Counted from the stretch's first letter, positions 14,790 to 24,184 are shown. The stretch: DNA of 64,000 nt from an uncultured Acidobacteriota bacterium (GCA_963728825.1 CAVSLA010000005.1:254634-318633), one strand, 5' to 3'. The notes: generated by a model from the letters alone, not told the origin. Program-made: numbers and translations.

Positions 14790-15958
14790 CGGCCGAGATT
14801 CAGATTCCGCGGTGTGACCTGGAACCTGACCTCCTGATCGGGAAGATATTTGTTACCGCCGCGCGAGGTGCCGCCGTAAGTGAACAGCGCGCCGGCCGGT
14901 CCGCGCAGTGTCTCGTTGCCGGTCTGCAGCCTGATGCGAACGCCGATCTTGCGGATGCGCAGCAGGTCGGCATCGAACCGGTTCGGGTGGTTCTGGTCGG
15001 GACACCAGGGTCCATCGGTCATCTGTGCTGGAGTCAATCGAACAAGGGTCGTCGTCACGCCGCCAGGGCCGAGCACCGGAAGACGAGGAGCCGGAATCGG
15101 CGAGCCGTCGTTGATGAACACGCAGTTCTCGGCGCCGACTGCGGCCGGCTTGGGTCCATAAGTGGTCCATGGCCCAACCGGATCGGCGATCGCTTTTTTC
15201 ATGATCGGCGGCTGCGGATCGCCGAAATACTCGAACTCGAGCGCGACAATGTTGTCGACGATCGGGACGTCGTTCGCGCCGCCGTCGTAATGCATCAGCT
15301 GAAACGTCTTGGTCGCGACGTCGGTCCGCAGGTAATACGTGTTGGTTCTGATCTGGACGATTTTGGTGACATCCTTCTCGTACGTTTTCGAGAGGTCGTC
15401 CAGGTTGTGCTGCAGGTGCAGCGCCGGATCCTGTATTTGGGTAATGGTGAAGGTGTCGTACGAACCAGTGTCGTCGTAAATGAGCACCGACATGCCCTCT
15501 TCGAAGCCGCACAGTTGATTCTGTTTCCCGGGTGGGCAACCGGGATCGGCGTTGACCTTGAGCTCGGCGGACTGCGCCGGCATCGGGGCGCTGATGCTGG
15601 TCTGGGCGGTGGTCGGCGGAACGAACATCAACGTGATCGTGTCGCTCCGGAACGTTCCAGGTGGATCGTCCTGCAGCCGCCCCTGGCGATATGGCATGAC
15701 CGGGGCGAAGAAGTAGCTGAGCGCCATCGGGTTCTGGCCCGAGTACGAACCGGCGCCGGCCATCACCAGGTCCTTGTAGAGCGTGTCGCTCGCCAGACGC
15801 GAGCGCTGCTGGATGTCGGCGACCTCGGGTTCGGCCACGAAGTTGCCCTGGGACGGATTGACCAGCGAGAAGACCGACGCCGTGACGACGAGCATGAGGC
15901 CCATCGCCAGCGTCATTTCGAGCAAGGAGAAGCCGCGTTCGCGAGCATGGCGGTGCAT
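14786..15958 (-). CDS. pilW: PilW-like minor pilin (set 1)
   Basis: ORF track, 390 aa. Prepilin N-methylation motif RGFSLLEMTLAMGLMLVV. Confidence 0.6.
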   Translation of the reverse strand: MHRHARERGFSLLEMTLAMGLMLVVTASVFSLVNPSQGNFVAEPEVADIQQRSRLASDTLYKDLVMAGAGSYSGQNPMALSYFFAPVMPYRQGRLQDDPPGTFRSDTITLMFVPPTTAQTSISAPMPAQSAELKVNADPGCPPGKQNQLCGFEEGMSVLIYDDTGSYDTFTITQIQDPALHLQHNLDDLSKTYEKDVTKIVQIRTNTYYLRTDVATKTFQLMHYDGGANDVPIVDNIVALEFEYFGDPQPPIMKKAIADPVGPWTTYGPKPAAVGAENCVFINDGSPIPAPRLPVLGPGGVTTTLVRLTPAQMTDGPWCPDQNHPNRFDADLLRIRKIGVRIRLQTGNETLRGPAGALFTYGGTSRGGNKYLPDQEVRFQVTPRNLNLGR

Positions 15959-16536
15959 TAGCTTGCCTTTCGCGTTTTCACGCTGATGACTCGAGCCTCG
16001 TCCGGGAGCCGCCTGCCTCCGCCCGCCTCTTGCGTGTCGGCGTCACCGCGGGAGCGCCACCGCGACACCATCACCTGCAGGATGAGCGTGTTGTTCGGAT
16101 TGGTCGGCAGTGGTTCGACCGACCAGCGGCGGACGTAGACCGTGTTCGGCGGCGCGTTGGTGCCGCCGCCGAGCGACTGGCCGCCGCCGTCGAGGAAATC
16201 GCAGTAGCCGTCGACGTTCCGGCGAAGCGCGTCGCCGGGAGACGGGGTGAGGCCGGGGCCGCCGGTCGGGAGCTCCGGGACGACGCTCAGGTCGCTGGTC
16301 GTGTCGGACAGCGGTAACCCGATCGTGTCGAAGCCCCACGTCAGCCCGCGGAGCTGCTCCATCTTCTGCTGCGCCAGCACCGACGCGACGGTCGTGAGCC
16401 GCGCGCTCTGATTCGCCTTGGTCGAAATCAGGAAGAGCTGAGCGAGCGAGGCCAGCGCCACCGTCATGATGGTGGTGGCGACCAGCGTCTCGACCAGCGA
16501 GAACCCGCGTTCGTTACTGCAGCTGGATTTTGCCAA
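15958..16536 (-). CDS. pilV: PilV-like minor pilin (set 1)
   Basis: ORF track, 192 aa. Motif ERGFSLVETLVATTIMTVALASLAQLF. Confidence 0.6.
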   Translation of the reverse strand: MAKSSCSNERGFSLVETLVATTIMTVALASLAQLFLISTKANQSARLTTVASVLAQQKMEQLRGLTWGFDTIGLPLSDTTSDLSVVPELPTGGPGLTPSPGDALRRNVDGYCDFLDGGGQSLGGGTNAPPNTVYVRRWSVEPLPTNPNNTLILQVMVSRWRSRGDADTQEAGGGRRLPDEARVISVKTRKAS

Positions 16537-17104
16537 GTGAATTCACCGTAATGTTGCGAGTCTTGCCTTTGCGGCTCACCGTAATGGTCACGCCCGCGTT
16601 TGCGACTGTCGGCCACGGATCGCCCGTGCCGGCGTCGGCGTGAACGGTTCCGTCGGGCCAGAACTCCAGTGTCGGGAACGCTGCGAACGACGCCTGCGGC
16701 TGCAGTCGGCGCAGCGGGCCGTCGTTGTTCGGACGCGTCAGACGGCTGTTGTCGCCGCCGGTCGGGCGGTACGGATAGAGCGTTTCGTCGCACCGGTTGG
16801 CCGCACCGTCCGCCGCGGCCGGCACGCGCGGCGTGCCGATTAATTCGACGGCGCGGAACTGGCCGACGACCGGGCAGTTGAACCGCACACGCATCGGCCG
16901 GTTGACTGACACAGACTTCAGCCGCGCGAACTGCAGCTCGCGCTCGACGTCGCGCACCGTCATGCCGAGCCGCATACTGTCGACACCATCCACCATCTGT
17001 GGCGTCGCAATCGCCGCCATCGTCGCCAGAATGGCCATCGTGGCGATCAAGTCGACGAGGGTGAACCCGCCGCTGCCAGCTACGCGTGCCTTGTTGAACC
17101 TCAT
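16514..17104 (-). CDS. fimT: GspH/FimT-family minor pilin
   Basis: ORF track 16514..17143. In-frame ATGs at 17104 (MRFNKARVAGSGGFTLVDLIATMAILA) and 17113. It carries a prepilin-type N-terminus. Confidence 0.55.
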   Translation of the reverse strand: MRFNKARVAGSGGFTLVDLIATMAILATMAAIATPQMVDGVDSMRLGMTVRDVERELQFARLKSVSVNRPMRVRFNCPVVGQFRAVELIGTPRVPAAADGAANRCDETLYPYRPTGGDNSRLTRPNNDGPLRRLQPQASFAAFPTLEFWPDGTVHADAGTGDPWPTVANAGVTITVSRKGKTRNITVNSLGKIQLQ

Positions 17105-17123
17105 AACTTCCATTGCCTGACTG

Positions 17124-17139
17124 AGCAATGGCATTGCCA
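17124..17139 (-). promoter_or_regulatory. candidate sigma-54 promoter / 13-nt palindrome upstream of fimT
   Basis: Minus strand reads TGGCAATGCCATTGCT, which has the GG-N10-GC spacing. The same bases form the palindrome GCAATGgCATTGC. It lies only about 11-20 nt from the candidate start codons. Confidence 0.3.
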
Positions 17140-17300
17140 GCAACGGACTTTAGCGACATGTCCGCTGTTAACTACCTTTTGTACTTACCTTTAGACGGTG
17201 GACCAGGTCGCGAGCCAAGGCCTGGCCAAGCGTTTCGAACCGGCCGAATTGTTACTTCTCGTAACAGTGTTGGAAGGCGGTCCGGCGGACCGAGCGTGAA

Positions 17301-17900
17301 CTATTCGAAGACCGTCTTCACGATCCGCGGCGGCTCTGACGCTAATTTCGAAACCGTCAGGTCGATGGTGCTGTGCGCGCCTCGAGGGCCGAACGCTTCG
17401 CCCCGGACAATGACGACGATGCCGTCGGCCGTAAGGGACGCGGCGCGAACGAACGCCACTACATAAAACGGTGACTGAAGGCCGGACATCGAGAGCAGGT
17501 CGCGAAGGGGACCGTGGGCAAACAGCTGCCAGCGAGGGGCCCCAGCGCACGGCGTCGGCGCGTCACAGTTGGCAAGATTCAGGACCGTGCCGACGTCGAC
17601 CGGCGATCCGATCGGCAGATCGCGCACTCCGTCGGGAGGGCCATCGACGAAGCGTGAGCGTTGCCGGCCTTCGACAACGTCGGTCCAGTTCGCGATGGTC
17701 CGCAGGTCGGCCAGCGCGAGCTCGGCGATCGCTTCGGCGGCGTAGAGCGCCTGCCGGCTATGACGGAAATTTCCGGCGATGATCGTGTCGGTGGATGTCA
17801 ACAGGACCACCGCCGCTCCGAGCGCCAGCATGACCGTGAGTCCGATCAACGCGATCACGAGCGCGATGCCTTGTTCCGGTTTGGAAAGCCTGGGCTTCAT
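17301..17900 (-). CDS. pilX: PilX-like minor pilus assembly protein (set 2)
   Basis: ORF track, 199 aa. GIALVIALIGLTVMLALGAAVVL. It shares the blocks FYVVAFV / RGEAFGPRGA with the set-1 protein. Confidence 0.55.
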   Translation of the reverse strand: MKPRLSKPEQGIALVIALIGLTVMLALGAAVVLLTSTDTIIAGNFRHSRQALYAAEAIAELALADLRTIANWTDVVEGRQRSRFVDGPPDGVRDLPIGSPVDVGTVLNLANCDAPTPCAGAPRWQLFAHGPLRDLLSMSGLQSPFYVVAFVRAASLTADGIVVIVRGEAFGPRGAHSTIDLTVSKLASEPPRIVKTVFE

Positions 17901-18577
17901 CGCGATTGATTCAGGTTACGAGGAGCCACCGTGAACTGCAAGTCGCCTGACACTCCTGAGGCAGCGACCCTGACCACCACATGTCTGATTCGAAGGAGAT
18001 CGGCATCGAACAGCACACCGCCCTCGTCGAGAGGACACCAGGGACCATCGCTGAGCTCTGGCCCTGCAAGCGGCACAAGCGTTGAGCCACTACTCGTCGG
18101 CCCGCAGACTGGCGGGCTTGCCCCAGGATTCACATTCTGCTCGCCAAAGTAAGTGAAGGTGAGGTCGGTGACGTAGTCCACGACCGGAGCGTCAGGACCT
18201 GCGCCCTCTGCACGCATCAACTGGAAAACGCCGGGCGTTTCTCCCGCCTTCAAATAGTAGGTTCTGATCCTGTCCTCTTCCTGGTCCGGCTGTTCGACCA
18301 CCGCGGTGACGACGCGGTTTGTGAATGTGCCCGCGGGATCGGCGAACGGCCCGACCAATCGATACGGCAGCACCGCTCGGGCCATTGCGAGATCGCGGGT
18401 CAGTGTGTCGACGGCCACCCGTACTCGCTGCTGTCGGTCGGCGATTTCGGGCTCAGCGTCGAATCGGCGTCGTGCCCGACCCAGCAAATCGAAGATCGTC
18501 GCCATCACCGCCAGCGCGAGACCGAGCGCGACGATCAGCTCGACGATCGAAAATCCTGATTGGCGGTTGATTTTCAT
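17897..18577 (-). CDS. pilW: PilW-like minor pilin (set 2)
   Basis: In-frame ATG at 18577 within ORF 17897..19096: MKINRQSGFSIVELIVALGLALAV. It shares the C-terminal block FDADLLRIR with the set-1 PilW. Confidence 0.55.
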   Translation of the reverse strand: MKINRQSGFSIVELIVALGLALAVMATIFDLLGRARRRFDAEPEIADRQQRVRVAVDTLTRDLAMARAVLPYRLVGPFADPAGTFTNRVVTAVVEQPDQEEDRIRTYYLKAGETPGVFQLMRAEGAGPDAPVVDYVTDLTFTYFGEQNVNPGASPPVCGPTSSGSTLVPLAGPELSDGPWCPLDEGGVLFDADLLRIRHVVVRVAASGVSGDLQFTVAPRNLNQSR

Positions 18578-19038
18578 GATCCCGCCTTGCGCGATCTCAC
18601 GCTGACGAGATGGACCTCGCCGGCCGATCGCGGCGCCGTTACCCAGACCTGCAGCACGACGGCGTTGCCGGCAGCCGACGCCAGGGGATCGATCGACCAG
18701 CGGCGGACGTACTGCGTTCCGGGCGGCGCATCCCCGGAGGTGCCGATCGCCTGAGCGTTGCCGTCGAAGAAATCGCAGCAGCCGGCGCTGGCCTCCGCCG
18801 GCCAGACGATGGTTCGCAGCTGCTCCATCTGGTCCTGCGCGAGGATCGAGGCCGCGGTGGTGACCCAGGCCGCCTGGCCGCCGCTTCGCGCCAGGATCAT
18901 CAGCTGCGCAAGCGATACGAGGCCGACCGTGAGAACCGTCGCCGCCACCAGCGCCTCGACCAGCGAGAATCCGTCTTCGTATCGTGCGAGCGGGCGATTG
19001 AACACGCCATCTCGAAGTGCAAACCGTGCTCCGCGCAT
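18574..19038 (-). CDS. pilV: PilV-like minor pilin (set 2)
   Basis: ORF track, 154 aa. Motif EDGFSLVEALVAATVLTVGLVSLAQLM. Confidence 0.55.
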   Translation of the reverse strand: MRGARFALRDGVFNRPLARYEDGFSLVEALVAATVLTVGLVSLAQLMILARSGGQAAWVTTAASILAQDQMEQLRTIVWPAEASAGCCDFFDGNAQAIGTSGDAPPGTQYVRRWSIDPLASAAGNAVVLQVWVTAPRSAGEVHLVSVRSRKAGS

Positions 19039-19153
19039 CGTCCGATCGAAAATCGCTGGTTTTCCACCGTAATTTTGCGATAAGGCCTGGTGACACCTTC
19101 AGCAGGTACGCAGAAATTGCCGGTGCGAGGCGACGCGCAGGTATCAGAAAATG

Positions 19154-20413
19154 CTAGGCGCTGCGCGGCAGCGAGACTTGCAAGCTGGCACCGCCGAGCG
19201 GCGAGGATCCGACGGTGATGCGGCCGTTGTGAAAGACGATGATTTTCTGGACCAGCGCCAGTCCCAGGCCGGTGCCATTGCGTTTCGACGTGAAGAACGG
19301 CCGGAACACCTGCTCGCGCGCTCCAGGCTCGATGCCCGGCCCGTTGTCCTCGACGACGATTCTCATCAGAGACTGCGCCGGGTCGAGCTCTGACTGGATC
19401 ACGACGACCGGCGCGAGCGTGGCGCCCGCGCACGCCTCGACGGCGTTCCGCAGAAGATTACTGAACGCCTGGCGCAGCAGCACCTCGTCGCCTTCAATGG
19501 TCCCGAACTGGCCACGTACCGTGATGTCGCCGCCCAGCGAGCGCGCTTCGCCGCGCAGCTCCTCCGCGGCACGTTCGCAGATCGCGCCGAGATCCACCGG
19601 CGCGAGCGTGAGCTGGGCCGGCCGGGCGAAGTTCAGGAAATTGGTCACCACCTGACTGAGCGATTCCGCCTCAGCGCGAATGCCCTCGACATACGGCCGG
19701 TATGCCTCAGGCAGCGCCTTCAGGTCGAACAGCTTGCTGTAGCCGTGAATCGTCGCCAGCCCGTTCCGGAATTCGTGGGCGATGCCGGCCGTCAGCTCGC
19801 CGACCGTCGCCAGGCTCTCCTTGAGGCGCAATTGCTCTTCCAGGTTCTTGACGGCCGTCAGATCGGTGAACAGACAGATGACGCCGTGCAGCTCGCTGTT
19901 TTCATCGAACAGCGGGGACACGGTGACGCCAAGGTGAGTGGCGCCGTGACGCGACTCGGGGAGATGCACGGCCCGCCTCGAGATCGGGACGCGCGTAACC
20001 AGACACTCGTCGATCACTTCGGAGAGGGCGGGCTCGTCGAGCATCCGCCGATGATCGTCGGCAGACGCCGACTCGGGGATGTGCAGCATGCGCCGGCCGG
20101 CGGGATTGATGATGCGAACCTCCCGCTTCAGGCCGACGACCAGAAGACCGGCGGTCAAGCTTTCGACGATCTCCCCGCTCAGCCGCTCGGAGGCGTCGGC
20201 GCGGGCGGCGGTGGCGCGCTCCTGAGCCTTCAGCTTCTCCACAGCTTCCTGAAGTGCTGCCGACAGGAGCGTCGTTTCCCCCGAGCTCTCGCGCCGGTGC
20301 GTATCGCGCGCCGCCGCCCCGAGCCGCAGGACGGCAAACGTCAGCGCGGCGGCCAGGACGCCGACGATGGCGGTCAGCCCCAGGAGCGCGTAGGCATCTG
20401 AACTCAGCGGCAC
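19154..20413 (-). CDS. sensor histidine kinase (NtrB/PilS-like; one N-terminal TM, PAS-like region, HisKA, HATPase)
   Basis: ORF track, 419 aa. H-box AGIAHEFRNGLATIHGY, N-box LLRNAVEA, and G-boxes DNGPGI / GTGLGLALV. Confidence 0.8.
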   Translation of the reverse strand: MPLSSDAYALLGLTAIVGVLAAALTFAVLRLGAAARDTHRRESSGETTLLSAALQEAVEKLKAQERATAARADASERLSGEIVESLTAGLLVVGLKREVRIINPAGRRMLHIPESASADDHRRMLDEPALSEVIDECLVTRVPISRRAVHLPESRHGATHLGVTVSPLFDENSELHGVICLFTDLTAVKNLEEQLRLKESLATVGELTAGIAHEFRNGLATIHGYSKLFDLKALPEAYRPYVEGIRAEAESLSQVVTNFLNFARPAQLTLAPVDLGAICERAAEELRGEARSLGGDITVRGQFGTIEGDEVLLRQAFSNLLRNAVEACAGATLAPVVVIQSELDPAQSLMRIVVEDNGPGIEPGAREQVFRPFFTSKRNGTGLGLALVQKIIVFHNGRITVGSSPLGGASLQVSLPRSA

Positions 20414-20429
20414 GGCGGCTTGGGTTCGG

Positions 20430-21197
20430 TTACCACAGGCGGAGGTACCAATCCATCAGTGGATAGCCGACCGTTGCGGCGAGCGCGGCGCCGACCGCGA
20501 GAAAGGTGCCGAAGGGCAATGCGGTTTTCATCCCACCGCGGCGCATCAGGATGACCAGCCCGCCGATCAGCGACCCGGCGAACGATGCGAGCATCAGCGT
20601 CACGAACGTCAGCTGCCACCCGAGGAAGGCGCCGACCATCGCGAGCATCTTGACGTCGCCCATCCCGAGGCCTTCCTCTTCGCGGATGCGGTAGTAGGCC
20701 TCGGCCATCGCATACAGGACACCCCCGCCGAGCAGGATCCCGATCAAGGAGGCGATCCAGCCGGGCTCGGTCATGAAACTGAAGAGGAAGCCGACGACGA
20801 TGCCCGGCAGGGTAATCGCGTTGGGCAGCAGATGATGCTCGAGGTCGATCGCGAACAGCACGATCAGCGCCGAGCCAAAAATCAGCCGTGACGCGAGCAG
20901 CGGCGAGGGCCCGTAGAGCCACCACGCGCCGGCGAACATCACGGCCGTGATCGCTTCGATGATCGGGTAGCGAATCGAGATGCGCTCACGGCAGGTGCGG
21001 CAGCGACCGGCCAGGGCGAGATAGCTGACGAGCGGGAAGTTCTCGAACCAGGCCAGCGACCGCCCGCAGTTCGCGCAGGCCGATGCCGGCCACACCACGG
21101 ACGAGCCGCGCGGAAGACGGTAGATGCAGACGTTCAGAAAGCTGCCGACGATCGCTCCGAACATCCCGGCCACGACGACTGGTATCCATTCGATCAC
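20430..21197 (-). CDS. pilD: prepilin peptidase / N-methyltransferase (A24 family)
   Basis: ORF track, 255 aa. GSFLNVCIYRLP, a CxxC...CxxC pair (CANCGRSL...CRTCRERI) and multiple TM segments. Confidence 0.85.
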   Translation of the reverse strand: MIEWIPVVVAGMFGAIVGSFLNVCIYRLPRGSSVVWPASACANCGRSLAWFENFPLVSYLALAGRCRTCRERISIRYPIIEAITAVMFAGAWWLYGPSPLLASRLIFGSALIVLFAIDLEHHLLPNAITLPGIVVGFLFSFMTEPGWIASLIGILLGGGVLYAMAEAYYRIREEEGLGMGDVKMLAMVGAFLGWQLTFVTLMLASFAGSLIGGLVILMRRGGMKTALPFGTFLAVGAALAATVGYPLMDWYLRLW

Positions 21198-22147
21198 GGC
21201 TGGCTGACCATTCCCTGGGGCACCTGGGGAAGCGGAAACAGCATCGATTCGCGTGCCAGCTCCACGCCGGCCGCGGCATCGAGTGCATACGGGGTCCCGC
21301 TCGGATCGAGCGGAACACCGGGAAGCAATCCGGCCCTGATCAGCGATTCCCAGCCGGCCGGGGGAGTGCCCGTCTGCCTGGAAAAGCGGGCGACCAGCTC
21401 CCGGAGATTGTCGAGATGGTCGAGAGCCTGGAGCTGCGCCAGCGCGCGCTGGGCGTGGTTACGCTGATAGTCGACCGTCGCCGACTTCAGAATCTCCTCC
21501 CACATGAGCCGGGAAGACGTACGGTCGCCACCGTTAGCCACCGTGGTGGCAGCCATGGACTTCATCCACCACGGAGCCCCGGTGACCTCGCCCGCCTTGG
21601 CAAACCAGGCCCCGGCGGTTTGATAGTCCTGGTGCCACCAATAGTGGACGAACCCGATGTCGTACATGTATTCCCAGTTATCGGGCTCAACCTGTAATCC
21701 CTTTTCCAGCAGTGCAATCGCGAGATCCGGCCGCCCCGGACCGCCCGGATATGGCTCGGCGAGGAAGATCGACCCGAATCGGTAGGCCACCGCGAAGTAG
21801 GGATCGAGCGTCGTCGTGAGGTCGAGCAACGGAAACAGCAGCCGATACGGTTCGGTCCCTTCGGCGCGGGGCGCCCCACCGGGCCGGTCCGGTGTGTAGA
21901 TTTTCGTGCGCGTCCCGCCGAAGTGCTGAATCGCCCGAATCCAGTAAAGGTCTGCCGCCAGCGATCGATACCCGAGCGACATTCGCCGCAGGACCGGACC
22001 CGACGTCAGATACAAGGTTTCTTCGGTCGCCTCTGGCGGCGGATAACGCATATCCCTTTCGCGCTGGAGTCTGACGGCACCGGCCATCAGCACGGCGATC
22101 AAGCTGAGCGATATGCCGACTTCGTAGCGGGGCCGTGAACGTATCAC
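21194..22147 (-). CDS. hypothetical membrane-anchored protein with TPR-like helical repeats
   Basis: ORF track, 317 aa. One N-terminal TM segment. It is 4-nt coupled to both neighbours, and I recognise no family. Confidence 0.5.
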   Translation of the reverse strand: MIRSRPRYEVGISLSLIAVLMAGAVRLQRERDMRYPPPEATEETLYLTSGPVLRRMSLGYRSLAADLYWIRAIQHFGGTRTKIYTPDRPGGAPRAEGTEPYRLLFPLLDLTTTLDPYFAVAYRFGSIFLAEPYPGGPGRPDLAIALLEKGLQVEPDNWEYMYDIGFVHYWWHQDYQTAGAWFAKAGEVTGAPWWMKSMAATTVANGGDRTSSRLMWEEILKSATVDYQRNHAQRALAQLQALDHLDNLRELVARFSRQTGTPPAGWESLIRAGLLPGVPLDPSGTPYALDAAAGVELARESMLFPLPQVPQGMVSQP

Positions 22148-22950
22148 TTGAAGTCGCGGCGCGAGAAAATGGTGACCGAAGCAACCAGCAACACGGCGAT
22201 GTAGGTGACGCCGTAGAGCACGGCGAGCACGACGAGACCGCCTTCAATCGGTCGGCCATGCGCGACCTGGCTTCTGACGTCGAAGGTGGCCAGGTTGGGC
22301 AGCACCCAGTACAACCCGCGCGCGATGCTGGCCGCGACCGGCGATTCGACGACCTGCTCGAAGTTCCGGAGGTCGGCGCTGAAATGGCCGGCAATCCACA
22401 GCGCGAAGGTGAATGCCGCCGCCATGATCGGCGTGGAGAAGGTCGAAAAGAACAGCGCGATCGCCGTGACGACCGCCAGCTCCATCACGATCAGGCCGAC
22501 CGCCTTCAGGATGCGCGGATCGGAGGGCGGCACATCCCAGCTCGCCACCAGCTCCGGCGGGAACTGGGACGCGACGTAGTGCATCAACACGTACAGCCCG
22601 AGCGCCATCACCGAAATGTTGACGAGCAGGGTGAGGATGAGCCCGGCGTATTTGCCGAGCACCAGCTGGTAGCGGTGGATCGGCTTCGCCAGCAGGGCGT
22701 AAATGCTCTTGCGCTCCACCTCCTTCGACACGAGGCCGATGCCGATGAAGACCGCGATGAACAGCCCGAAGATCGACATCGCGCCGAGACCGAGATCGAT
22801 GACGATCTTGTAGTCCTGGCCGGCGGTGAGCTGTCCGAGCAGGTAGGACGCGCCCATCATCAGGATGGCGAACAACACCAGGTTGTAGAGCACCTTGTCG
22901 CGCACCGACTCGCGAAAGACGTTCAGGGCAATCCAGGCGAGGGTTCTCAC
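22144..22950 (-). CDS. ABC-2 family exporter permease
   Basis: ORF track, 268 aa. About six TM segments. 4-nt overlap with the upstream ATPase. Confidence 0.65.
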   Translation of the reverse strand: MRTLAWIALNVFRESVRDKVLYNLVLFAILMMGASYLLGQLTAGQDYKIVIDLGLGAMSIFGLFIAVFIGIGLVSKEVERKSIYALLAKPIHRYQLVLGKYAGLILTLLVNISVMALGLYVLMHYVASQFPPELVASWDVPPSDPRILKAVGLIVMELAVVTAIALFFSTFSTPIMAAAFTFALWIAGHFSADLRNFEQVVESPVAASIARGLYWVLPNLATFDVRSQVAHGRPIEGGLVVLAVLYGVTYIAVLLVASVTIFSRRDFK

Positions 22951-23889
22951 GGGCGCGCTCCGGACTTCGCCACCTGCTCGACGAAAATATCCTCGAGCGT
23001 CTCGCGGAGTGGATTCAGCGAGATGACGGTGGCGCCGGCCGCTGCCAGATCCGACACGAAGCGATCGGGTGGCGGGTCGAGCGGTAGTTCCACGGTGTAG
23101 CGCCCGTCGCTGATTCTCGTGATGCGCCGCGCCTTGGTTTCGAGCATCCGGGCGAGCGCCTCGTCGACCGAGCCGACCACCACTTCCCAGCCGTGCGCCT
23201 GCAGATCCAGCATGTCGGACAGCCGGCCGCTCTTCATGAGGCGGCCCTTGGCGAGAATCGCCACTCGGCTACAGAGCGCTTCGGCGTCGCTCAGCACGTG
23301 CGAGCTGAAGAAGACAGGTCCAGCCTCGATCGCGCAGCCGAAGAATCAGCGCGCGGACCTCGCGGCGGCCGATCGGGTCCAGACCGGACATCGGCTCGTC
23401 GAAGATCACGATCTCCGGATCGTTGATCAGCGCCTGCGCGATGCCGACGCGCTGGAGCATACCCTTGGAGAACTTCCGCAGCTGGAGCCGGCGCTCGCGG
23501 CCGATGCCCACCTCGTCGAGCAGACGCGAGACACGCGTTCGCCGGTCGGCGGCGTCGTAGCCGAACAGGCCGGCGAAGTACGACAGCAGCTCTTCGGCCG
23601 TCAGATAATCGTAGAAGTACGGATTTTCGGGAAGATATCCGAGCCGCCGCTTGATCGACAGGTCGCCGACCGGCCGGCCGAAAATCTCCGCCCGGCCCGA
23701 GGTCGGGAACACCAGCTGCATCAGCAGCTTCAGCGTGGTGGTTTTGCCCGCGCCGTTCGGGCCGAGAAATCCAAACACCTCACCCGCTTCGACCTCGATC
23801 GACAGGCGATCGAGCGCACGGTACGGCCGTTTCCGCCAGAAGCCGACCGCGTAGTCCTTGGTGAGATCGTAGGTCGCGAGCGCGGGCAT
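22947..23889 (-). pseudogene. ABC transporter ATP-binding protein, one frame interruption near 23330
   Basis: MPALATYDLTKDY...[15 protein letters not shown]...FSKGMLQRVGIAQAL...IFDEPMSGLDP comes from ORF 23269..24063. The protein continues as ...VFFSSHVLSDAEALCSRVAILAKG in ORF 22947..23297. Confidence 0.7.
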
Positions 23890-23899
23890 TTCTCTCAAG

Positions 23900-24006
23900 G
23901 GTGCCGGGGGCAGGGTGCCGGGGGCCGGGTGCTCGGTGCCGGGGGCCGGGTGCTCGGTGCCAGGTGCAGTGTGCTCGGTGCCGGGTGCCGCGCCGCGGGG
24001 TGCCAG
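23900..24006. repeat. GGTGCC-word array, including two 21-nt tandem units (left arm)
   Basis: Reads ggtgccgggggca gggtgccgggggcc, then gggtgctcggtgccgggggcc twice, then degenerate copies. Confidence 0.75.
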
Positions 24007-24115
24007 AACGACCGTGGCATGCACGACTTTGCATGAAATTGCGTTTTCAGGCCTCGCCGGCACGGCTCGAACGCCGAAAGCATCTCGCGACCTCGTTGCA
24101 CCTTCAATCTCTTAT

Positions 24116-24174
24116 CGGCACCCGGCACGCGGCACCTTGCACGCGGCACGCGGCACCCTGCACCCAGCACCCGG
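24116..24174. repeat. GGCAC-word array (right arm, inverted relative to 23900-24006)
   Basis: Reads ggcacccggcacgcggcaccttgcacgcggcacgcggcaccctgcacccagcacccggcc. Confidence 0.75.
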
Positions 24175-24184
24175 CCGACAGGCC

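Noticed and set aside
24015-24034. TGGCAT...TTGCAT, resembling a sigma-54 promoter in the ABC/VKOR spacer.
   Set aside because: The GG and GC dinucleotides are 13 nt apart instead of 10. The motif is on the plus strand with no plus-strand gene downstream.
23890-24063. N-terminal PGTEH-repeat extension of the second ABC ATPase (ORF 23269..24063).
   Set aside because: The canonical ABC N-terminus starts at the ATG at 23889, with a purine-rich RBS just upstream. The extension is the in-frame translation of a 21-nt DNA repeat. It is kept only as a remark in the findings.
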